IMG/VR virus record: IMGVR_UViG_3300032257_000009
Span: 7,728 to 71,727 of that record
Origin: a virus
Length of the DNA stretch: 64,000 nucleotides
Reading direction: 5' to 3' (one strand)
The notes beneath the pieces are model-generated. The model had not been told where the DNA came from and did no database searches. It saw only the letters and a program-made list of their open reading frames with translations. Position 1 is the first letter of the stretch; each line of letters begins with the position of its first letter. Both the position numbers and the translations under genes were made by a program. Below, in pieces: positions 51,410 through 60,543 of this stretch.

Positions 51410-52810
51410 ATGAAATTCACAAACACGACTTGCAATTCAGTATACATGGAAGATATAAATATGAACGTTCCTTATGAGGAAGGCAAAATATTTGAGATAG
51501 AAACAGAAGATGTAAAAAAGAGTAAGTCATTTCAAAACTTAGTAGTCCTTGGGGCTTTTGAGATTGTTGAATACGGAGATAGTCGTATAGAGAAGAATCT
51601 ATTCTATCTGCAATCAAAAGAGAAGTTGAAGACTCAAGACACAGAGGAAGAGGAAATTATGGAAAGCGGATCTAATCCAGAAGTAGTTATAACGGGTCAT
51701 TTTTACGAAGCAGGCGGCTATGCTAAGACAAATAGGAATCTGGCGTATGCCTTGGCTAGTAGAGGGGTTGCCGTTGAGACAGATGTAACAACGGTTAGGA
51801 AAAGTGATTTGAATGAAATGGATGCCAGACAATTAGCCGCATTCAAGAGAAAATTAGGAAGAAATGCGATAAGGATAGATAGCATCATTCCCAGTTTTTC
51901 AAGAATTAGTCCTAGAATAACCTATAGAATATTATATACAACAATAGAAGCGACTACTGTTCCAGATCAAACAGTAGATATATGCAATCAATATGATGAG
52001 ATATGGGTTACATCAGATTTTTGTAAAGAAGTATTAGAAGAAGCAGGAGTGAAGAGGGACATACTTGTAATGCCTAATCCTATGCAAACAAGATTGTATA
52101 ACGAAAATCACGAACCACATGAATTTAGACCAGTCATGAAAGGGTTCGTTTTTTGTAGCTTATTTGGGTGGGCTTATCGCAAGGGATATGATGCTTTGAT
52201 TAGATCTTATCTGCAAGAATTTTCAGGAGATGATGATGTTACGCTTCTTATTGTAAGTAGATATCAACATTCAAGTAGTAGATCTGATGTTATAAAACAA
52301 GAAATAGATAGACTTATTGAAAGATACGGTGGAGATAATCCAGCTCATATCGCAAGATGTAGTAGAGTTATTCCTGAATATCAATTGCCAAAAGTTTATA
52401 AAGCCTGCAATGCGTTTGTTTTGCCAAGTAGAGGAGAGGGTTTTGGTCTTCCGTATGCTGAAGCTGCATTGTGTGGATTACCAGTCATAGCTACGAATCA
52501 TAGTGGTCATACTATGTTTTTGAAAGATGATAATTCATATTTAGTTGACATAGATAGACTGGAGCCTGTAAGAAATGGCGCGAGCCACGTTCATTATTGG
52601 GATGGTCAGCTTATGCCTGCTCTTAGATCTGATAAATTCATTTCAGACTTAGGTTCTCAAATGAGATATGTTTATTCAAATCAAGAATTGGCAAAAGAGA
52701 AGAATGCAAATCTTCAAGATCTTCTTATGAAAGAATATTCATTTGATGTAACTGCCGATAAGGTAAGTGACAGAATAAAGACTATATGGAATGAAATTGG
52801 GAGTAAATAA
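51410..52810 (+). CDS. Glycosyltransferase family 4 (GT-B) with N-terminal accessory domain
   Basis: RKGYD.L, FVLPSRGEGFGLPYAEAALCGLPVIATNHSG. Confidence 0.9.
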   Translation: MKFTNTTCNSVYMEDINMNVPYEEGKIFEIETEDVKKSKSFQNLVVLGAFEIVEYGDSRIEKNLFYLQSKEKLKTQDTEEEEIMESGSNPEVVITGHFYEAGGYAKTNRNLAYALASRGVAVETDVTTVRKSDLNEMDARQLAAFKRKLGRNAIRIDSIIPSFSRISPRITYRILYTTIEATTVPDQTVDICNQYDEIWVTSDFCKEVLEEAGVKRDILVMPNPMQTRLYNENHEPHEFRPVMKGFVFCSLFGWAYRKGYDALIRSYLQEFSGDDDVTLLIVSRYQHSSSRSDVIKQEIDRLIERYGGDNPAHIARCSRVIPEYQLPKVYKACNAFVLPSRGEGFGLPYAEAALCGLPVIATNHSGHTMFLKDDNSYLVDIDRLEPVRNGASHVHYWDGQLMPALRSDKFISDLGSQMRYVYSNQELAKEKNANLQDLLMKEYSFDVTADKVSDRIKTIWNEIGSK

Positions 52811-52811
52811 T

Positions 52812-53480
52812 ATGATTGTTCTTATAGACCAAGAAAAAAAGCAGGTTACGGTATCTTCTGAAAGCAGTTATGATATTTATAATTGGAACGATTTAGACTC
52901 TATATCTAAAAAGATTAGTTCCAAGAAAGTCTATTATGTAACCTCGGCAAAAGAAGTAGAGGGGAATGACGTACTAAGTCTTCTTTCAAAATGCACAGGA
53001 AAAGAATGTACGATCATAGAGAAAACAGGAAGACTTTATCTTAGATCTCTGTTCAAGGGAAAACTTATTCTTAGAGGTCAGGAAGAAGATTTGGTATTTA
53101 ATAATAAAATAGATTTCAAGTCTTTTGCTAAATTCGGTGGAGACCCAAGAGAGTGTTATCCAGATTTGGATTTGTATTTGAAATCTAATAAATTAGAGAT
53201 AGTAGATGAATGCGATATTCCTCGGATAAAAGAAGAAGAGGCAGCTAAGAATAAAAGTAAGAAAAACAGCAGCGTTCTATCTACCAAAGAAGCTGAAATT
53301 TCTAAACTAATAATAGATGGAAGTGTAGACAGTCTAATGAGTGGGGACTATGTGTCAGATGAAGACGACGGCGAATCAATAGAAATTACGCAATCAGATC
53401 TCAATAGCAGTAGAGATATGAATTCAGACGTAATGGATAATCTGCGAATAGCTGGCAGAAGTATTAGCGAAGAAGATTAA
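52812..53480 (+). CDS. Hypothetical protein
   Basis: About 222 aa in operon. Confidence 0.6.
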   Translation: MIVLIDQEKKQVTVSSESSYDIYNWNDLDSISKKISSKKVYYVTSAKEVEGNDVLSLLSKCTGKECTIIEKTGRLYLRSLFKGKLILRGQEEDLVFNNKIDFKSFAKFGGDPRECYPDLDLYLKSNKLEIVDECDIPRIKEEEAAKNKSKKNSSVLSTKEAEISKLIIDGSVDSLMSGDYVSDEDDGESIEITQSDLNSSRDMNSDVMDNLRIAGRSISEED

Positions 53481-53484
53481 TAAT

Positions 53485-54207
53485 ATGTATGATCAGAAAA
53501 GCATTTTAGTTGTTCATCATGGACAGCCTTGGGAATCTTTGTGTGCGACTTCTCTTATAAAGAGGTTACATAAGGACAATTATAATCTTAGTTTGGATTG
53601 GTCAACTACAGAAGACAGTAACTGTTTACTAAAGTATAATAAGAGAATAAACAATTTATTTACGGGAGAATCTATTCCCTCATTGTGTTGTTATGATACT
53701 GTTATATTTCTTTCAGATCCAGATAATATAGATATGCAAAATGTGGAATATAAGAACTCATTTGGATGGGGGCAAAAATGCTGCCCGAAGGATGTTGAAG
53801 CATATTTTTCGGGAGAAAGAATAAATAAACACGTATTACAGATATTATATAGAGCTTCTGGCCTTTCCTGGAGAGGAGAAGGTTATGACTTTTCGTATTA
53901 TCCAAGGAACAAGACCAAACATAGTAAAACCGGCATTGCAATTGCGGATTCTGGAATGAGAAGCTATGTAAAAGACAATCTGCAACTTAGATTTTCTAAT
54001 CAATGGCATGTTCCTATGAAAAAGAGTTTATTAAAAAGAGTTGACGAGATAAATAGGTGTCAACGCATAGTAACGGATGATTTGTTTACCGTTCATGCAG
54101 CTTTAGCGCTGAGAAAGCATGTTGAATTCCTTGATACAGAAAACTTTAGATCAGACATTGAGTTTTTTGGTCACGGAAATAGGATTGTATTAAATCATGA
54201 AAAGTGA
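53485..54207 (+). CDS. Degenerate GT9 (heptosyltransferase-like) protein
   Basis: LLKYN.RI; I..C..IVTDD...HAALALRK.V resembles the GT9 VT.DS...H.A.A motif. Confidence 0.6.
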   Translation: MYDQKSILVVHHGQPWESLCATSLIKRLHKDNYNLSLDWSTTEDSNCLLKYNKRINNLFTGESIPSLCCYDTVIFLSDPDNIDMQNVEYKNSFGWGQKCCPKDVEAYFSGERINKHVLQILYRASGLSWRGEGYDFSYYPRNKTKHSKTGIAIADSGMRSYVKDNLQLRFSNQWHVPMKKSLLKRVDEINRCQRIVTDDLFTVHAALALRKHVEFLDTENFRSDIEFFGHGNRIVLNHEK

Positions 54208-55003
54208 TATGTTTCACTGTCCAAGACCCAACTCTAAAAACGCCATATCATCTTTAGATAAAAAGATACAGTATAACCCAGAATATTTTGGGATATCAAA
54301 TGATAGCGTCAATGGAGATGGAAGCGGTATCCGTATATGTGTTATTGACACAGGTTATCCTGTTCATAACAAGATACCAGTTTCATTAGAAAATGTAATA
54401 GATTTTTCGAATAATAAAAATGGAGCCAGAGATGATCACGGTCATGCAACTGGCGTAGCAGGAATTCTTAAAGGAAATGGAGACGTAAAAGGAATAGCTC
54501 CCGCTGCCGACATGTTCTATGCAAAAGCAATAGCTAATTCAGGACAAGGAACTCATAGTGCAGTTCATGCTTCTATATTGTATGCTATAGTGAAAAATGT
54601 TGATATAATAGTTATGTCATTTGGTTGTAATGTTGAACATCCACTACTAAACGATGTAATAAACAAAGCATACAAAAGTGGTATATGTCTTTTTGCCGCA
54701 ACAGGCAATATAAATTCAAAAAAGAAAGACATTATTTATCCGGCTAATTTTTCTGAAGTAATGGGAGTTGGCTACACTAAGGGGAATGAAAGGAAAGAAA
54801 TACTAGATGCGAGACCGGGAGTCGCTCTTCCTTATAAATCGCTTGATACGATGTATAAGCACAATGATTATATAAAGATGTCAGGAAATAGTATACTAAC
54901 TCCCGTTGTTGCAGGTATGGCTGCTAGGATAATACAGAAGTATGATAGAAAAATGACACCAAAGCAAGTATATTCAGCTTTGACAACCATTTGCTGTTAT
55001 TGA
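54197..55003 (+). CDS. Subtilisin-like S8 serine peptidase
   Basis: VIDTG (Asp), HGHATGVAG (His), AATGN (oxyanion Asn), SGNSILTPVVAG (Ser). Confidence 0.85.
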   Translation: MKSDMFHCPRPNSKNAISSLDKKIQYNPEYFGISNDSVNGDGSGIRICVIDTGYPVHNKIPVSLENVIDFSNNKNGARDDHGHATGVAGILKGNGDVKGIAPAADMFYAKAIANSGQGTHSAVHASILYAIVKNVDIIVMSFGCNVEHPLLNDVINKAYKSGICLFAATGNINSKKKDIIYPANFSEVMGVGYTKGNERKEILDARPGVALPYKSLDTMYKHNDYIKMSGNSILTPVVAGMAARIIQKYDRKMTPKQVYSALTTICCY

Positions 55004-55008
55004 TAGTG

Positions 55009-55039
55009 AAGGAATTATTGCTATTTGTAATGAAAATTA
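55009..55039 (+). promoter_or_regulatory. Putative phage late promoter (AAGG-N19-GAAAATTA)
   Basis: Upstream of the structural fibre operon. Confidence 0.4.
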
Positions 55040-55060
55040 AATAGCAATACGGAGACTTGC

Positions 55061-56827
55061 ATGCCACACGTTCCAAGGAATGTACCAAATAGAAGTTCAA
55101 ATGGAAGCTTTGACGGAGACGTTGATGCGGCTGATGTAACATATACCCCATTAGATAACTCAGATTGGGGAGATCAAGACCCAGGGAATACAGATGATGC
55201 TCTTGATTATTTAGCAGACCTTGTAGATGCCATGCTTCCGGCAGCCTCTCCGAACCTTAGCGATATGAGCGCATCCACAGGAACAGCAGGTAATCTTTCA
55301 TATGGTACGTCTGCTGTGTCAAATCCGGCAGGATATACTCTTCATCCAACTATTGATATAGGTGGAGCATTTAGCACTACTTCTCCTAACAGAGGGATTG
55401 TATCTGGAACATCAAATGTTGGCGGAACATTGGCTGATGCCATTACAGCAGACCCAAACAATGCTTATCCTGCTGATTCTTTTGGGCCTGGCGATGACGG
55501 AACTCTAAATCTAGTCGTAAACGGCTCTATTATTCATTCTACCGACTTATCGTCGTTTGGGTCAGGAGATTCTCTAAATGGCAACTCAAGCGGTTTTACA
55601 AGCCTTTTAGCGGCAACTTCTGTCCAATTTCCTACTGGTTCGTTGTTTGATGGGAAAAAATACAGATCTGGCGGTTGGTTAGTTAGGGCAGCGGACTTGA
55701 GAGATGGATATAATACGGTTCAAGTCCAGCATGTTACAAGCCTAGGAACTAATTCTACAGAAGAATATATTTATATTGTTGACTCGGATATAACAGCTAC
55801 AACTATCGCAGGTTTGGCTTGGTCTGGTTTTTCCGGAACAGGAAGTAAAAACATATCAGGAATTGAGTATCACACCGCTGCCACAGGAACATTCGAAGTA
55901 GATATATCTAATATATATAGAACTACTCACTCATCATCAGGAAGCGCAATAAGCTATCCTACCATAGATAATTGTTCAATAAACTCAGCAAGCCTTTCTA
56001 TTCCAACAGCATACGACAATACTCTTACAAACTATCAGTCAACAGCAACAGCTACCGCAAGCCGAATCATTAATGGTCTAACAACTTATGATGGATTCAG
56101 GGCAAGAGCAAGAGCTTTGAGAACCATACAGGGAACTGTAACATCCAGTTATTTAGAAGGCTTCAATATGTTGCTTGACTCAGTTTCTGATGATGCAACA
56201 GATTTGAATGACAATATGAATGGAGAGAGTTATAGAATTCCAAGTAATGCAGATTTTGATACAGACTTATCTTCTACCTGGAGCGAGAGTATTTCATTAG
56301 TTAGCATTACTCCAGGATATAGTGACGGATTGCAGATAGTAAATAGCACTGTTGTTTATCCAACTTTAAATTTCTCTTTAGCAACAGATGGACCTGGTGG
56401 TAATCCAGACTATTCGTCTGCGAGCGGAGAAAGATATTGGCATAGATATTTTGAGGATTCCACCGGTGCCTCTAACTTCAGTTTGATACTCGAAGGAAGC
56501 GCCAGTGTTATAGCAGAAACAGATTCCTTTACAGGTGGGTCTCATACAGAAGTAAAAATATCTGTTAAATTTCCAGAAGGAGATGGAGAAGGAACAGGTT
56601 GGCTAGATATTACGAAAGCATTTGTTCCAGGATCTTGGTCAGATGGAGACGGGTGCTATGCAGCGAGCTTCGGTAGCGATATTACTTTACCAACTGCTGG
56701 TTGGGGAATATCAATAGGAACAAGAAGTTCAGCAAACGCATATGACAAGATGTATGTAAGAGTAACTACGGATGCGAACTTTACTGGAGACGTTTCTCGT
56801 TTCGGTGTTAACTGGGCGGTAACATAA
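55061..56827 (+). CDS. Virion structural protein (S/T/G-rich beta protein)
   Basis: Composition and position; ALD.LA motif near the N-terminus. Confidence 0.65.
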   Translation: MPHVPRNVPNRSSNGSFDGDVDAADVTYTPLDNSDWGDQDPGNTDDALDYLADLVDAMLPAASPNLSDMSASTGTAGNLSYGTSAVSNPAGYTLHPTIDIGGAFSTTSPNRGIVSGTSNVGGTLADAITADPNNAYPADSFGPGDDGTLNLVVNGSIIHSTDLSSFGSGDSLNGNSSGFTSLLAATSVQFPTGSLFDGKKYRSGGWLVRAADLRDGYNTVQVQHVTSLGTNSTEEYIYIVDSDITATTIAGLAWSGFSGTGSKNISGIEYHTAATGTFEVDISNIYRTTHSSSGSAISYPTIDNCSINSASLSIPTAYDNTLTNYQSTATATASRIINGLTTYDGFRARARALRTIQGTVTSSYLEGFNMLLDSVSDDATDLNDNMNGESYRIPSNADFDTDLSSTWSESISLVSITPGYSDGLQIVNSTVVYPTLNFSLATDGPGGNPDYSSASGERYWHRYFEDSTGASNFSLILEGSASVIAETDSFTGGSHTEVKISVKFPEGDGEGTGWLDITKAFVPGSWSDGDGCYAASFGSDITLPTAGWGISIGTRSSANAYDKMYVRVTTDANFTGDVSRFGVNWAVT

Positions 56828-56828
56828 T

Positions 56829-57782
56829 ATGGCTTTTGAATCAACTACAGAAAGAAATATATCTCTAAAGAAGTTATTAGCAAAAGCTCATACCGCTAAT
56901 ACAAAGGGATTCAACAATGAAGCTATATCTTCTCAAATATCTATTGCTGCAAATCAAATAATAGGAGAAGTTATATTTGAAGACCCATCAACTTCTTCTC
57001 ATACAGGATTGATAGAATACGTAGAAGCAGAATTGGAACTAGATGCAACATCTGACTCTAAGAGTTATAGATGTAAATTCCCTGTAGGATATAATGGGTT
57101 TTATGGAGCTGGAGCTGTTGGCGATTATATTGGAGATTATACTTTTGCTATTCCATTTTTCTACAATTCTATTCCTATAGAATCTGATGATTCAGGTGGA
57201 TATCAGGTTCGTCTTTTTGACAATGGAGCAGAAATAGCTCTTTTAGACGCTAGCGATTGGTTTTTTGATTATTTTTCATGTTTAGTTACATCAGAAGATA
57301 ATTTATCTCTTGGATCTACGGGCACTATGAGAATCTATTTATATACGGGATCTACAGTACAAGATCATATATCTAGTACAGATAATCCACATATGGTAAC
57401 GTCTTCTCAGGTTGGTGGCGTGGTTGAATGGCAACCTTTTACATCATATATTCAAGGAGATTTGGTATATTATGACCAATCTACTAGTGAAGGGGATGTT
57501 AATTTCTCTGACGGAATATATGTTGCAAAGTCTAGCCATACATCAAGCGCTGCCTTTTTGACAGATCAGTCTAGTTGGAAAACATTGAATTCTTCTTTTA
57601 CGCATGATCAAGGAGTGGCAGGCGCTACTTGGACAATAGATCACAATCTAAACAGATACCCCAATGTTGCTGTTTTAGATTCCTCTGGTTACAGCATGGA
57701 CCCAGAGATACATTATGCGACTCTTAATCGAGTTGTACTGACTTTTTCTCCGTCTCAGAGCGGAACGGCTTATTTAACATGA
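56829..57782 (+). CDS. Virion structural protein with carbohydrate-binding-like module
   Basis: W.PFTSY.QGDLVYY; C-terminal W.I.HNL..YP.V.V.DS.G domain. Confidence 0.65.
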   Translation: MAFESTTERNISLKKLLAKAHTANTKGFNNEAISSQISIAANQIIGEVIFEDPSTSSHTGLIEYVEAELELDATSDSKSYRCKFPVGYNGFYGAGAVGDYIGDYTFAIPFFYNSIPIESDDSGGYQVRLFDNGAEIALLDASDWFFDYFSCLVTSEDNLSLGSTGTMRIYLYTGSTVQDHISSTDNPHMVTSSQVGGVVEWQPFTSYIQGDLVYYDQSTSEGDVNFSDGIYVAKSSHTSSAAFLTDQSSWKTLNSSFTHDQGVAGATWTIDHNLNRYPNVAVLDSSGYSMDPEIHYATLNRVVLTFSPSQSGTAYLT

Positions 57783-57791
57783 GGGTAAGAT

Positions 57792-60542
57792 ATGGGAACT
57801 AGAAGCTTTTTTGCTGACTTAGCTTTGAATCAGAATCAACTGCAATTTGCGGTTATGCATCCATTAGGAGCAGCTCCTAGTAGTGGTACAGAAGTAGAAG
57901 GTCAGTTTTATTATGACACTGGTTCGCAGACTCCATTCTTTTGGGACGGGTCTGCTTGGACATCTATGTCTTCTGCGGCAGCGTCTAACGTTCCATTTTC
58001 AGGAATAACAAGTTCTACAAATACTGTTGCGGCTATGGTGGTTGGTAATGGAGCTTCTATTACTACACTTGGTACAGGAACGGTTGATGCAAATATATTA
58101 GATGGGTATACTGTTGATTTGTCCGATGGTCCTCAAGATGGAGAATTTCTTCAATACATAGGTGGGTCTGTTGATGCCTGGTCGAGTTCGCCTTTGGGTA
58201 ATGTAGGATATTTAGACAGGACTCAGCTTTGGTCAGCGTTTAATCAATTTGATGATTTTGCTATTACTGGGTCTGGTGGAAGGCATACTATACAATCAAA
58301 CAGATCCGCAGGCGGTCTGGTTATTCTTAATGACGTTGATGGTGATATTCCTATTATTAGTACCGTTACAGATAATGATGGAGATATTTTAGTAAGAGAC
58401 GGCGAAGGTTTTGAAGAAAGACCGCTTGTCGAATCTGACATAACTGATTTAGGGACTTATTTTGATACAGCAGGAACAGGTCTTTCTTCTTCAGGCAGTA
58501 CAATAAATGCTGGAGCTGGTAGTGGTATTGCGGTAGGCCTAACTGATATTTCTCTAGATATCAATAGTCTATCTATAGCAGTTATAGAAGGCGGAGACTT
58601 CTTGCCGTTTTGGGACAATTCGGTAGTTGCGACCAATAAAAAAGTAACGTTTGCAAACTTGCAAACACAAATAGCGACCGTTGGGACTATTACTACAGGC
58701 GTTTGGAATGGTACTGATATTGCTATAGCGGACGGTGGAACCGGAGCATCAACTGCTCAAGCTGCAATAGACAATATATCAGGCCTTACAACGAGAGGCG
58801 ACATACTCATAAGAGATGCTTCAAACGCTATTAGACTAGCGATTGGTGGAGCGACTACTTTTTTACAATCTGATGGAACGGACCCAAGTTGGGCATCAAT
58901 AACAGAATCTGACATAACGGATTTAGGAACATATTTTGATACAGCAGGCGCAGGTCTTACTTCATCTTCTAATACTGTAAACGTTATAGCAGGAGCTAAT
59001 ACAGGGATAACGGTTGCCGCTGATTCTGTTTCTTTAGATATTAACAATCTTACTACAGAAACAACTGTAGCTTCTGGAGACTTCCTTCCATTCTGGGATA
59101 TAACAGCAACAGCAGATAATAAGAATATAACGTTCGCAAATTTTCAAACACAAATAACAACAGTTGGCACTATTACTACAGGTGTTTGGAATGGAACCGA
59201 CATTGCTATAGCAGATGGTGGAACCGGAGCCTCAACGCAGCAGGCAGCGATAGATGCTTTGGCAGGATTCTCAGCCGAAGGAGACCTCCTTTATGAAGAT
59301 GGCTCAGGAAATGCTGTTAGATTACCTCGCGGAGCAGATACTCAGGTATTGACAACAAGTGGAACGAGCTTAGCATGGGCTGCTGCTTCTGGCACTATAG
59401 ACGGCTCTGGTGCTGCTAATCAAATTACTCTATGGAGCGATGCAGATACTCTAACTGGCGATGCTAATTTCACCTTTGACGGAACAGACGTAAAAATGGA
59501 AGCAGCCGGTGATATTATTATAACCAGTATAGATAGCAGCCTTGTTCTTGGTAAAGATAGTGCAGCAGCGGCTCATGCTCCTATTAATATAATCAATGAC
59601 GGAAACGTGCAAAAGCTAATTTACTTAGAGCATTTTTATAGTGGCGCTCAAGCTGGTAATGAGTTAAGATTCGCAAGATCTAGAGGTTCGCAGGCTTCTA
59701 AATCTGTAGTCAATAGTGGAGACGAATTAGGTTCAATTTCCTTTTATGGTTATCAATCCTCAGTGTCAGCCATTGAGGGAGCATATATAAAAGCAGAGGC
59801 TAATGAAACATGGAGCGGGTCTGCGGTTGGTACAACGGTTAACTTTGGAGTAGCTCCAGTTTCTACTCCATCATCAGCGTCAACTCGATTCGCTCTCACT
59901 TATACTGCTGCTACATTTTCTATGCCTGTTAGAACGAATACTGGTTTAGTAGGAACTCCTAGTCACAGTTTTACTGTAGATGAAGATACGGGAATTTATC
60001 TTTCTGCATTAGATGTCTTAGCGATAACTGCTGGCGGTACTCAGATAGCTTCGTTCGATGGAAATACCGCTCTTAGTACAATAACAGGCGACCTAACTGT
60101 TACGGGAGATCTTCTTATAAGCGGAAGTACAACTACTATAAATACAACGAATTTGATTGTTGAAGATAACTTTATTATTGTAAATTCAGCAGGCGTGACA
60201 CAAGATGCTGGTATTGAAGTTGAACGAGGTAATGGTGGTTCTGCTGATAACGCATTCTTGAGATTTAGCGAATCGGCTAATGAATGGTATGTCGATAATG
60301 GTTCTATATCCTTGTTGATTGCAAGGAAGTATGTAGAAGAAATTACAGGCGATGATGCTACAACTGTATTCAATATAGATCATAATATGGGAACATTGTA
60401 TGTTGCAGTTCAAATTTTTGATTCATCTACAGGAAAATTAGTGGAAGTAGAAGTGGATACCACTACAACAAGTAGGGTAGACTTGACATTTGATCCAGCG
60501 CCTGCTGGAGCTGACAGCTACAGAGTAGTTGTAGTGGGGTAA
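57792..60542 (+). CDS. Long fibre protein with internal tandem duplication
   Basis: IADGGTGAST repeats, TTTINTTNL.VEDN.I, C-terminal I.HN.GT..V.VQ. Confidence 0.75.
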   Translation: MGTRSFFADLALNQNQLQFAVMHPLGAAPSSGTEVEGQFYYDTGSQTPFFWDGSAWTSMSSAAASNVPFSGITSSTNTVAAMVVGNGASITTLGTGTVDANILDGYTVDLSDGPQDGEFLQYIGGSVDAWSSSPLGNVGYLDRTQLWSAFNQFDDFAITGSGGRHTIQSNRSAGGLVILNDVDGDIPIISTVTDNDGDILVRDGEGFEERPLVESDITDLGTYFDTAGTGLSSSGSTINAGAGSGIAVGLTDISLDINSLSIAVIEGGDFLPFWDNSVVATNKKVTFANLQTQIATVGTITTGVWNGTDIAIADGGTGASTAQAAIDNISGLTTRGDILIRDASNAIRLAIGGATTFLQSDGTDPSWASITESDITDLGTYFDTAGAGLTSSSNTVNVIAGANTGITVAADSVSLDINNLTTETTVASGDFLPFWDITATADNKNITFANFQTQITTVGTITTGVWNGTDIAIADGGTGASTQQAAIDALAGFSAEGDLLYEDGSGNAVRLPRGADTQVLTTSGTSLAWAAASGTIDGSGAANQITLWSDADTLTGDANFTFDGTDVKMEAAGDIIITSIDSSLVLGKDSAAAAHAPINIINDGNVQKLIYLEHFYSGAQAGNELRFARSRGSQASKSVVNSGDELGSISFYGYQSSVSAIEGAYIKAEANETWSGSAVGTTVNFGVAPVSTPSSASTRFALTYTAATFSMPVRTNTGLVGTPSHSFTVDEDTGIYLSALDVLAITAGGTQIASFDGNTALSTITGDLTVTGDLLISGSTTTINTTNLIVEDNFIIVNSAGVTQDAGIEVERGNGGSADNAFLRFSESANEWYVDNGSISLLIARKYVEEITGDDATTVFNIDHNMGTLYVAVQIFDSSTGKLVEVEVDTTTTSRVDLTFDPAPAGADSYRVVVVG
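58431..59390 (+). repeat. Two copies of an approximately 160-aa module in the fibre gene
   Basis: ESDITDLGTYFDTAG at 58431 and 58905; TVGTITTGVWNGTDIAIADGGTGAST occurs twice. Confidence 0.85.
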
Positions 60543-60543
60543 T

